Shown here one piece after another: positions 51,301 to 64,000 of a stretch of DNA of 64,000 bases (position 1 is the stretch's first letter; every line of letters starts with the position of its first letter). The translations under genes were made by a program, and so were the position numbers. Source of the stretch: Nemertoderma westbladi (taxonomy: Eukaryota > Animalia > Xenacoelomorpha); the NCBI GenBank assembly GCA_032718475.1, contig JAUCBJ010000700.1:69811-133810 (forward strand), given 5' to 3'. The notes beneath the pieces are model-generated. The model was not told the origin of the DNA and did no database searches. It saw only the letters and a program-made list of their open reading frames with translations.

Positions 51301-54275
51301 ACACTCACCTGTTTGCTGTAACTTTACAAATAAATAGTAACACTCAGCTGTTTGCTGTAACGTTACAAATAAATAGTAACACTCACCTGTTTGCTGTAAC
51401 TTTACAAATAAATAGTAACACTCACCTGTTTGCTGTAACGTTACAAATAAATAGTAACACTGACCTGTTTGCTGTAACGTTACAAATAAATAGTAAGACT
51501 CAGTGGTTTGATGGAACGTTACAAATAAATAGTAACACTGACCTGTTTGCTGTAACGTTAGAAATAAATAATAACACTCAGCTGTTTGCTGTAACGTTAC
51601 AAATAAATAGTAAGACTCAGCTGTTTGCTGTAACGTTACAAATAAATAGTAACACTCAGCGGTTTGATGTAACGTTACAAATAAATAGTAACACTCAGCG
51701 GTTTGATGTAACGTTACAAATAAATAGTAACACTCACCTGTTTGCTGTAACTTTGCAAATAAATAGTAACACTCAGCTGTTTGCTGTAACGTTACAAATA
51801 AATAGTAACACTCACCTGTTTGCTGTAACTTTACAAATAAATAGTAACACTCACCTGTTTGCTGTAACTTTACAAATAAATAGTAACACTCAGCTGTTTG
51901 CTGTAACGTTACAAATACATAGTAACACTCAGCTGTTTGCTGTAACGTTACAAATAAATAGTAACACTCACCTGTTTGCTGTAACTTTACAAATAAATAG
52001 TAACACTCACCTGTTTGCTGTAACTTTACAAATAAATAGTAACACTCAGCTGTTTGCTGTAACGTTACAAATACATAGTATCACTCAGCGGTTTGATGTA
52101 ACGTTACAAATAAATAGTAACACTCAGCGGTTTGATGTAACGTTACAAATAAATAGTAACACTCACCTGTTTGCTGTAACTTTACAAATGAATAGTAACA
52201 CTCAGCTGTTTGCTGTAACGTTACAAATACATAGTAACACTCAGCTGTTTGCTGTAACGTTACAAATAAATAGTAACACTGACCTGTTTGCTGTAACGTT
52301 ACAAATAAATAGTAAGACTCAGTGGTTTGATGGAACGTTACAAATAAATAGTAACACTCAGCTGTTTGCTGTAACGTTAGAAATAAATAATAACACTCAG
52401 CTGTTTGCTGTAACGTTACAAATAAATAGTAAGACTCAGCTGTTTGCTGTAACGTTACAAATAAATAGTAACACTCAGCGGTTTGATGTAACGTTACAAA
52501 TAAATAGTAACACTCAGCGGTTTGATGTAACGTTACAAATAAATAGTAACACTCACCTGTTTGCTGTAACTTTGCAAATAAATAGTAACACTCAGCTGTT
52601 TGCTGTAACGTTACAAATAAATAGTAACACTCACCTGTTTGCTGTAACTTTACAAATAAATAGTAACACTCACCTGTTTGCTGTAACTTTACAAATAAAT
52701 AGTAACACTCAGCTGTTTGCTGTAACGTTACAAATACATAGTAACACTCAGCTGTTTGCTGTAACGTTACAAATAAATAGTAACACTCACCTGTTTGCTG
52801 TAACTTTACAAATAAATAGTAACACTCACCTGTTTGCTGTAACTTTACAAATAAATAGTAACACTCAGCTGTTTGCTGTAACGTTACAAATACATAGTAT
52901 CACTCAGCGGTTTGATGTAACGTTACAAATAAATAGTAACACTCAGCGGTTTGATGTAACGTTACAAATAAATAGTAACACTCACCTGTTTGCTGTAACT
53001 TTACAAATGAATAGTAACACTCAGCTGTTTGCTGTAACGTTACAAATACATAGTAACACTCAGCTGTTTGCTGTAACGTTACAAATAAATAGTAACACTG
53101 ACCTGTTTGCTGTAACGTTACAAATAAATAGTAAGACTCAGTGGTTTGATGGAACGTTACAAATAAATAGTAACACTCAGCTGTTTGCTGTAACGTTACA
53201 AATAAATAGTAGCACTTCTGTTTGCTGTAACGTTACAAATAAATAGTAACACTTCTGTTTGCTGTAACGTTACAAATAAATAGTAACACTCAGCGGTTTG
53301 ATGTAACGTTACAAATAGATAGTAACACACAGGGGTTTGATGTAACGTTAAAAATAAATAGTAACACTCAGCTGTTTGCTGTAACGTTACAAATAAATAG
53401 TAACACTCAGCTGTTTGCTGTAACGTTACAAATAAATAGTAACACTCACCTGTTTGCTGCAACTTTACAAATAAATAGTAACACTCAGCGGTTTGATGTA
53501 ACGTTACAAATAAATAGTAACACTCAGCGGTTTGATGTAACGTTACAAATAAATAGTAACACTCAGCTGTTTGCTGTAACGTTACAAATAAATAGTAACA
53601 CTCAGCTGTTTGCTGTAACGTTACAAATAAATATTAACACTCACCTGTTTGTTGTAACGTTACAAATAAATAGTAACACTCACCTATTTCTGTAACGTTA
53701 CAAATAAATAGTAACACTCACCTGTTTGCTATAACGTTACAAATAAATAGTAACACTCACCTGTTTGCTGTAACGTTACAAATAAATAGTAACACTCAGC
53801 GGTTTGATGGAACGTTACAAATAAATAGTAACACTCACCTGTTTGCTGTAACGTTACAAATAAATAGTAACACTCAGCGGTTTGATGGAACGTTACAAAT
53901 AAATAGTAACAATCACCTATTTGCTGTAACGTTACAAATAAATAGTAACACTCACCTGTTTGCTATAACGTTACAAATAAATAGTAACACTCACCTGTTT
54001 GCTATAACGTTACAAATAAATAGTAACACTCACCTGTTTGATGGAACGTTACAAAGAAATAGTAGCACTCAGCGGTTTGATGGAACGTTACAAATAAATA
54101 GTAACACTCACTTGTTTGCTGTAACTTTACAAATAAATAGTAACACTCAGCTGTTTGCTGTAACGTTACAAATAAATAGTAACACTCGGTTTGATGGAAC
54201 GTTACAAATAAATAGTAACACTCAGCGGTGATGGAACGTTACAAATAAATAGTAACACTCACCTGTTTGCTGCAA
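48380..54275. repeat. 39-bp minisatellite (~150 copies) derived from an exon end plus splice donor
   Basis: Minus-strand unit CAAACAG|GTGAGTGTTACTATTTATTTGTAACGTTACAG. The first unit is the actual end of exon 54263-54455. Higher-order repeats of 819 bp and 2414 bp. Confidence 0.97.
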
Positions 54276-54455
54276 CTGTAACTGACGTTGTTGAAGACGC
54301 AACTGTTCAAATAGCAAATGTTGTTGAGTTGCGGTGTTCAATGTCATTGGCTGAATTACACGATTGGAGGCCGGTAAACCCGGCAGTCCTACTAATGGCG
54401 TGTCATTGGTTGGAGACACTCCCAGGCTTGGGTTCGTTGCTAATAGCAACTGCAT
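54263..54455 (-). CDS. Exon of an unidentified Q-rich gene (MQLLLATNPS...QLQLQQT)
   Basis: tacag|ATG acceptor (phase 0, matching the upstream exon), ACAG|GTGAGT donor (phase 1), open frame, Q-rich like the upstream exons. Confidence 0.7.
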
Positions 54456-55059
54456 CTGTAATTAGAATCATTTATAGTCAAAATTTGTAAAATTTATCTT
54501 TAAGTTTTAACGATTCAAACAATTTTTTCAAACGAGTTGGGCCGCCATTTTTTCCCCATTTTTTCCAAATTGCCGAATAGCAACTTTTATGACTAGGAAG
54601 TTTTTAGCTGAGCTGAAACGTTTTTGCTGAATTGCAATGAAACCAATAGGGAAAACAAGACCAAGGGAAAAATGTGCCAAGTATCCCTTTTGGCCTTGCC
54701 CAGAGCCTTAGAGTGCCAAAATAGAACCTTTATAACTTCATTGGCGCAGCTTTGCACAGCATCCGCCATCCACATACCAAACCGATCACGTACACCAGGT
54801 TGTAGATATGGTTTGTCTCGGTTCCCACCAAGTGATCTGGCAAGACGTTGTAGAACCGTGTTATAATCACAATCTCCACCCGAAACTCCATCCATTTTAA
54901 CAGGAGTTTTTTAAAACTTATTACATATTTTGCAAATTAATTCAAAACTGAATTAGACGGAATGGCCGTAAAATGTCCGAAATTTACAACAAATGTCGAA
55001 ATTTCATAAGAAGTTAAGTAAATAAAGGCGAGATAAAATGAATTAATTTGGAGCCACGA

Positions 55060-58000
55060 AAAATAATATTTGAGGGAATAACATTGGGAATATAATCTAT
55101 TTTACTAACATTGGGAATATAATCTATTTTACTAATATTGGGAATATAATCTATTTTACTAACATTGGAAATATAATCTATTTTACTAACATTGGGAATA
55201 TAATCTATTTTACTAACATTGGGAATATAATCTATTTTACTAACATTGGGAATATATTCTATTTTACTAACATCGGGAATATAATCTAATTTACTAACAT
55301 TGGGAATATAATCTATTTTACTAACATCGGGAATATAATCTATTTTACTAACATTGGGAATATAATCTATTTTACTAACATTGGGAATATAATCTATTTT
55401 ACTAACATCGGGAATATAATCTATTTTACTAACATTGGGAATATAATCTATTTTACTAACATTGGGAATATAATCTATTTTACTAACATTGGGAATATAA
55501 TCTATTTTACTAACATTGGGAATATAATCTATTTTACTAACATTGGGAATATAATCTATTTTACTAACATTGGGAATATAATCTATTTTACTAACATTGG
55601 GAATATAATCTATTTTACTAACATTGGGAATATAATCTATTTTACTAACATTGGGAATATAATCTATTTTACTAACATTGGGAATATAATCTATTTTACT
55701 AACATTGGGAATATAATCTATTTTACTAACATTGGGAATATAATCTATTTTACTAACATTGGGAATATAATCTATTTTACTAACATTGGGAATATATTCT
55801 ATTTTACTAACATTGGGAATATAATCTATTTTACTAACATTGGGAATATAATCTATTTTACTAACATTGGGAATATAATCTATTTTACTAACATTGGGAA
55901 TATAATCTATTTTACTAACATTGGGAATATATTCTATTTTACTAACATTGGGAATATAATCTATTTTACTAACATTGGGAATATAATCTATTTTACTAAC
56001 ATTGGGAATATAATCTATTTTACTAACATTGGGAATATAATCTATTTTACTAACATTGGGAATATATTCTATTTTACTAACATTGGGAATATATTCTATT
56101 TTACTAACATTGGGAATATAATCTATTTTACTAACATTGGGAATATAATCTATTTTACTAACATTGGGAATATAATCTATTTTACTAACATTGGGAATAT
56201 AATCTATTTTACTAACATTGGGAATATAATCTATTTTACTAACATTGGGAATATAATCTATTTTACTAACATTGGGAATATAATCTATTTTACTAACATT
56301 GGGAATATAATCTATTTTACTAACATTGGGAATATATTCTATTTTACTAACATTGGGAATATAATCTATTTTACTAACATTGGGAATATAATCTATTTTA
56401 CTAACATTGGGAATATAATCTATTTTAGTAACAGTGGGAATATAATCTATTTTAATAACATTGGGAATATAATCTATTTTACTAACATTGGGAATATAAT
56501 CTATTTTACTAACATTGGGAATATAATCTATTTTACTAACATTGGGAATATAATCTATTTTACTAACATTGGGAATATATTCTATTTTACTAACATCGGG
56601 AATATAATCTATTTTACTAACATTGGAAATATAATCTATTTTACTAACATTGGAAATATAATCTATTTTACTAACATTGGGAATATAATCTATTTTACTA
56701 ACATCGGGAATATAATCTATTTTACTAACATTGGAAATATAATCTATTTTACTAACATTGGGAATATAATCTATTTTACTAACATTGGGAATATAATCTA
56801 TTTTACTAACATTGGGAATATATTCTATTTTACTAACATCGGGAATATAATCTAATTTACTAACATTGGGAATATAATCTATTTTACTAACATCGGGAAT
56901 ATAATCTATTTTACTAACATTGGGAATATAATCTATTTTACTAACATTGGGAATATAATCTATTTTACTAACATCGGGAATATAATCTATTTTACTAACA
57001 TTGGGAATATAATCTATTTTACAACATTGGGAATATAATCTATTTTACTAACATTGGGAATATAATCTATTTTACTAACATTGGGAATATAATCTATTTT
57101 ACTAACATTGGGAATATAATCTATTTTACTAACATTGGGAATATAATCTATTTTACTAACATTGGGAATATAATCTATTTTACTAACATTGGGAATATAA
57201 TCTATTTTACTAACATTGGGAATATAATCTATTTTACTAACATTGGGAATATAATCTATTTTACTAACATTGGGAATATAATCTATTTTACTAACATTGG
57301 GAATATAATCTATTTTACTAACATTGGGAATATAATCTATTTTACTAACATTGGGAATATATTCTATTTTACTAACATTGGGAATATAATCTATTTTACT
57401 AACATTGGGAATATAATCTATTTTACTAACATTGGGAATATAATCTATTTTACTAACATTGGGAATATAATCTATTTTACTAACATTGGGAATATATTCT
57501 ATTTTACTAACATTGGGAATATAATCTATTTTACTAACATTGGGAATATAATCTATTTTACTAACATTGGGAATATAATCTATTTTACTAACATTGGGAA
57601 TATAATCTATTTTACTAACATTGGGAATATATTCTATTTTACTAACATTGGGAATATATTCTATTTTACTAACATTGGGAATATAATCTATTTTACTAAC
57701 ATTGGGAATATAATCTATTTTACTAACATTGGGAATATAATCTATTTTACTAACATTGGGAATATAATCTATTTTACTAACATTGGGAATATAATCTATT
57801 TTACTAACATTGGGAATATAATCTATTTTACTAACATTGGGAATATAATCTATTTTACTAACATTGGGAATATAATCTATTTTACTAACATTGGGAATAT
57901 ATTCTATTTTACTAACATTGGGAATATAATCTATTTTACTAACATTGGGAATATAATCTATTTTACTAACATTGGGAATATAATCTATTTTAGTAACAGT

Positions 58001-61000
58001 GGGAATATAATCTATTTTAATAACATTGGGAATATAATCTATTTTACTAACATTGGGAATATAATCTATTTTACTAACATTGGGAATATAATCTATTTTA
58101 CTAACATTGGGAATATAATCTATTTTACTAACATTGGGAATATATTCTATTTTACTAACATTGGGAATATAATCTATTTTACTAACATTGGGAATATAAT
58201 CTATTTTACTAACATTGGGAATATAATCTATTTTACTAACATTGGGAATATAATCTATTTTACTAACATTGGGAATATAATCTATTTTACTAACATTGGG
58301 AATATAATCTATTTTACTAACATTGGGAATATAATCTATTTTACTAACATTGGGAATATAATCTATTTTACTAACATTGGGAATATAATCTATTTTACTA
58401 ACATTGGGAATATAATCTATTTTAGTAACAGTGGGAATATAATCTATTTTAATAACATTGGGAATATAATCTATTTTACTAACATTGGGAATATAATCTA
58501 TTTTACTAACATTGGGAATATAATCTATTTTACTAACATTGGGAATATAATCTATTTTACTAACATTGGGAATATAATCTATTTTAGTAACAGTGGGAAT
58601 ATAATCTATTTTAATAACATTGGGAGTATAATCTATTTTACTAACATTGGGAATACAATATATTTTACTAACATTGGGAATATAATCTATTTTACTAACA
58701 TTGGGAATATAATCTATTTTACTAACATTGGGAATATAATCTATTTTACTAACATTGGGAATATAATCTATTTTACTATCATTGGGAATATAATCTATTT
58801 TACTAACATTGGGAATATAATCTATTTTACTAACATTGGGAATATAATCTATTTTACTAACATTGGGAATATAATCTATTTTACTAACATTGGGAATATA
58901 TTCTATTTTACTAACATTGGGAATATAATCTATTTTACTAACATTGGGAATATAATCTATTTTAGTAACAGTGGGAATATAATCTATTTTACTAACATTG
59001 GGAATATAATCTATTTTACTAACATTGGGAATATAATCTATTTTACTAACATTGGGAATATAATCTATTTTACTAACATTGGGAATATAATCTATTTTAC
59101 TAACATTGGGAATATAATCTATTTTACTAACATTGGGAATATAATCTATTTTACTAACATTGGGAATATAATCTATTTTACTAACATTGGGAATATAATC
59201 TATTTTACTAACATTGGGAATATAATCTATTTTACTAACATTGGGAATATAATCTATTTTACTAACATTGGGAATATAATCTATTTTACTAACATTGGGA
59301 ATATAATCTATTTTACTAACATTGGGAATATAATCTATTTTACTAACATTGGGAATATAATCTATTTTACTAACATTGGGAATATAATCTATTTTACTAA
59401 CAGTGGGAATATAATCTATTTTAGTAACATTGGGAATATAATCTATTTTACTAACATTGGGAATATAATCTATTTTACTAACATTGGGAATATAATCTAT
59501 TTTACTAACATTGGGAATATAATCTATTTTACTAACATTGGGAATATAATCTATTTTACTAACATTGGGAATATAATCTATTTTACTAACATTGGGAATA
59601 TAATCTATTTTACTAACATTGGGAATATAATCTATTTTACTAACATTGGGAATATAATCTATTTTACTAACATTGGGAATATAATCTATTTTACTAACAT
59701 TGGGAATATAATCTATTTTACTAACATTGGGAATATAATCTATTTTACTAACATTGGGAATATAATCTATTTTACTAACATTGGGAATATAATCTATTTT
59801 ACTAACATTGGGAATATAATCTATTTTACTAACATTGGGAATATAATCTATTTTACTAACATTGGGAATATAATCTATTTTACTAACATTGGGAATATAA
59901 TCTATTTTACTAACATTGGGAATATAATCTATTTTACTAACATTGGGAATATAATCTATTTTACTAACATTGGGAATATAATCTATTTTACTAACATTGG
60001 GAATATAATCTATTTTACTAACATTGGGAATATAATCTATTTTACTAACATTGGGAATATAATCTATTTTACTAACATTGGGAATATAATCTATTTTACT
60101 AACATTGGGAATATAATCTATTTTACTAACATTGGGAATATAATCTATTTTACTAACATTGGGAATATAATCTATTTTACTAACATTGGGAATATAATCT
60201 ATTTTACTAACATTGGGAATATAATCTATTTTACTAACATTGGGAATATAATCTATTTTACTAACATTGGGAATATAATCTATTTTACTAACATTGGGAA
60301 TATAATCTATTTTACTAACATTGGGAATATAATCTATTTTACTAACATTGGGAATATAATCTATTTTACTAACATTGGGAATATAATCTATTTTACTAAC
60401 ATTGGGAATATAATCTATTTTACTAACATTGGGAATATAATCTATTTTACTAACATTGGGAATATAATCTATTTTACTAACATTGGGAATATAATCTATT
60501 TTACTAACATTGGGAATATAATCTATTTTACTAACATTGGGAATATAATCTATTTTACTAACATTGGGAATATAATCTATTTTACTAACATTGGGAATAT
60601 AATCTATTTTACTAACATTGGGAATATAATCTATTTTACTAACATTGGGAATATAATCTATTTTACTAACATTGGGAATATAATCTATTTTACTAACATT
60701 GGGAATATAATCTATTTTACTAACATTGGGAATATAATCTATTTTACTAACATTGGGAATATAATCTATTTTACTAACATTGGGAATATAATCTATTTTA
60801 CTAACATTGGGAATATAATCTATTTTACTAACATTGGGAATATAATCTATTTTACTAACATTGGGAATATAATCTATTTTACTAACATTGGGAATATAAT
60901 CTATTTTACTAACATTGGGAATATAATCTATTTTACTAACATTGGGAATATAATCTATTTTACTAACATTGGGAATATAATCTATTTTACTAACATTGGG

Positions 61001-62613
61001 AATATAATCTATTTTACTAACATTGGGAATATAATCTATTTTACTAACATTGGGAATATAATCTATTTTACTAACATTGGGAATATAATCTATTTTACTA
61101 ACATTGGGAATATAATCTATTTTACTAACATTGGGAATATAATCTATTTTACTAACATTGGGAATATAATCTATTTTACTAACATTGGGAATATAATCTA
61201 TTTTACTAACATTGGGAATATAATCTATTTTACTAACATTGGGAATATAATCTATTTTACTAACATTGGGAATATAATCTATTTTACTAACATTGGGAAT
61301 ATAATCTATTTTACTAACATTGGGAATATAATCTATTTTACTAACATTGGGAATATAATCTATTTTACTAACATTGGGAATATAATCTATTTTACTAACA
61401 TTGGGAATATAATCTATTTTACTAACATTGGGAATATAATCTATTTTACTAACATTGGGAATATAATCTATTTTACTAACATTGGGAATATAATCTATTT
61501 TAGTAACAGTGGGAATATAATCTATTTTAATAACATTGGGAGTATAATCTATTTTACTAACATTGGGAATACAATATATTTTACTAACATTGGGAATATA
61601 ATCTATTTTACTAACATTGGGAATATAATCTATTTTACTAACATTGGGAATATAATCTATTTTACTATCATTGGGAATATAATCTATTTTACTAACATTG
61701 GGAATATAATCTATTTTACTAACATTGGGAATATAATCTATTTTACTAACATTGGGAATATAATCTATTTTACTAACATTGGGAATATAATCTATTTTAC
61801 TAACATTGGGAATATAATCTATTTTACTAACATTGGGAATATAATCTATTTTACTAACATTGGGAATATAATCTATTTTACTAACATTGGGAATATAATC
61901 TATTTTACTAACATTGGGAATATAATCTATTTTACTAACATTGGGAATATATTCTATTTTACTAACATTGTGAATATAATCTATTTTACTAACATTGGGA
62001 ATATAATCTATTTTAGTAACAGTGGGAATATAATCTATTTTAATAACATTGGGAATATAATCTATTTTACTAACATTGGGAATATAATCTATTTTACTAA
62101 CATTGGGAATATAATCTATTTTACTAACATTGGGAATATAATCTATTTTACTAACATTGGGAATATAATCTATTTTACTAACATTGGGAATATAATCTAT
62201 TTTACTAACATTGGGAATATAATCTATTTTACTAACATTGGGAATATAATCTATTTTACTAACATTGGGAATATAATCTATTTTACTAACATTGGGAATA
62301 TAATCTATTTTACTAACATTGGGAATATAATCTATTTTACTAACATTGGGAATATAATCTATTTTACTAACATTGGGAATATAATCTATTTTACTAACAT
62401 TGGGAATATAATCTATTTTACTAACATTGGGAATATAATCTATTTTACTAACATTGGGAATATAATCTATTTTACTAACATTGGGAATATAATCTATTTT
62501 ACTAACATTGGGAATATAATCTATTTTACTAACATTGGGAATATAATCTATTTTACTAACATTGGGAATATATTATATTTTACTAACATTGGGAATATAA
62601 TCTATTTTACTAA
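55060..62613. repeat. 27-bp intronic minisatellite (~280 copies)
   Basis: Unit aacattgggaatataatctattttact with a very homogeneous core at about 59460-61500. Confidence 0.98.
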
Positions 62614-62719
62614 AATCGTTTACTAACAACTAAAACCATTTTTTATCATAAAATATATATAGTTAAAAGAGAAGAAACTTTGGAAGTAACTTCATGTAAA
62701 ACAGATCAATGATAGATAC

Positions 62720-62866
62720 CTGTACTTGCTGTTGTGTAACTAGTGCTTGTTGCTGGAGTAACTGGGAGAGTTGTCGGTTTTCCGTCGGTAGAGAGGATAT
62801 CGATGTCGGTATGGTTTGTTGTCGGTTACTCAAAGATACGGAAGAGTTAGACAAACCGTTGGTTCC
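62720..62866 (-). CDS. 147-bp phase-0 exon of the Q-rich gene (GTNGLSNSS...QQQVQ)
   Basis: tttcttcag| acceptor and CAG|GTATCT donor. Homologous to and the same length as exon 63403-63549. Confidence 0.7.
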
Positions 62867-63402
62867 CTGAAGAAATGTTCAACAATCTCACTAACATGAT
62901 TAGTTACTTTATGAGTTTTGTTATCAATATCAAAATAATCGTTTAGTTGTTGACAAAATTGTAGAAAACTAATCGCCACTGATAAAAACAAAATTACCGT
63001 TATTTCTGCAAATACAACAAATGCAATAAATACAGATAATAGGATAATAAAACTTTTTGGGGTGTGTGTGTATTCACTACGCCGAACGCAGACATCCGAA
63101 GACGATAACCACAATTAAAAAGCCAATTATTGTTAATTATCAATTGATGGAAAGGAACAGGTTATAGTAGAGGGTTATTCTAACCACAACAATAAACAAA
63201 AGACATGTGTTCCTGTTACAGGAACACATGTTTGTTATTGTTTGTTAAACAAAAAGTATTATTGACTAAATATGAAACAAACTTCTATCCTCAATAAAAA
63301 TAAGTGTATATTTGTATCAGCCTATTCTATTCTCCATGTTACAATCTTGATATGTTTGTCTGACCCACAGTTGCACGTGACTCGCACCATATTATAACGA
63401 AC

Positions 63403-63549
63403 CTGTTGTTGTTGACTGAATAGAGCTCGCTGCTGAATGAGTTGGTTGAGTTGACGGTTCTCAACTGTTAGAGAGTTCATTGCTGGTGATAATGGTGGCG
63501 GTCGGTTAGTGTCAAGAGATGTATGACAATGCGGCATACCATTGGTTGC
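63403..63549 (-). CDS. 147-bp phase-0 exon of the Q-rich gene (ATNGMPHC...FSQQQQ)
   Basis: tttctccag| acceptor and CAG|GTTCGT donor. The ENRQL.QL.QQ.AL..QQQ motif is shared with the next exon. Confidence 0.7.
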
Positions 63550-64000
63550 CTGGAGAAATATACAAAAAATAGATAAATACTGAAATATAAATAAGCAATA
63601 TGAAGTAAATTGTATATGATACGGCACAAACATTGTTACACCATTTCATATCACAGTAATAATGATAATAATTTATAGAGCGCCTTTCTGGACATTATTT
63701 AAAGGTGCTATAAAAAGACAATAAAAATCACAATAAAAAAATTCACTAAAGTAAAAACAAAATACAGTACAAGTGTTAAGTGCTTTCGTCTACACAATGG
63801 TCAAATGGGGATTTACCTGGTATGGCGACTGGCGAGGTTATATATTGCCATATTGGTTGTGTTGCTTTTGGAGACGGGGGGGGGGGGGGGGGGGGGGGGA
63901 CTGGACGCAAATCCCGCCTTGGCGAATTAATATCCCGCCTCAATGTTAAATTCTCAATTTAGGGAAAGGAGCAAGTAACAATGGCACAAAAACTATTTTA

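Noticed and set aside
49339-53246. Two 497-aa ORFs (LQINSNTQLFAVT)n
   Set aside because: Antisense reading of the intronic 39-bp array. Their near-identity reflects the 2414-bp block duplication.
18757-62613. Four of six arrays have unit lengths divisible by 3 (36, 57, 39, 27)
   Set aside because: The sample is small and frame-breaking indels occur within the arrays, so this is not evidence of coding selection.
55060-62626. 27-bp array as a CRISPR array, a coding repeat (NIGNIIYFT)n or a splice-site repeat
   Set aside because: No spacers or cas genes and the context is eukaryotic. It begins about 100 bp from the donor and the unit lacks a good donor consensus.

Overview
Eukaryotic, animal-like genomic DNA: AT-rich introns, GT-AG splicing, many LINEs, MITEs and minisatellites. 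No prokaryotic features, CRISPR arrays or RNA genes were seen. Genes: (1) two tandem 3-exon SLC18B1-like vesicular MFS transporters (+; 3429-16149, 499 aa; 23740-30035, 503 aa); (2) a tetraspanin whose CDS lacks internal introns (-; 31145-31993); (3) an intronless CCDC93 (+; 39813-41579); (4) the 3' part of a minus-strand Q-rich gene (exons 63403-63549, 62720-62866, 54263-54455). About a third of the window is six tandem arrays (64, 36, 17, 57, 39 and 27 bp units), which explain all the long repetitive ORFs. Most notable: two arrays are amplified exon/intron junctions. The 64-bp unit forms nine extra in-frame 36-nt AG...GT microexons, and the 39-bp unit repeats a splice donor region about 150 times. 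A decayed intronless alpha-kinase (eEF2K/TRPM7-type) gene, absent from the ORF track, lies antisense in an SLC18B1 intron, inside a segment bounded by direct repeats that may be a kinase-carrying transposon relic. The two transporter paralogues show exon-restricted homogenisation and differ in an N-terminal dileucine sorting motif. All homology calls are from motif recognition by eye, not from database searches.
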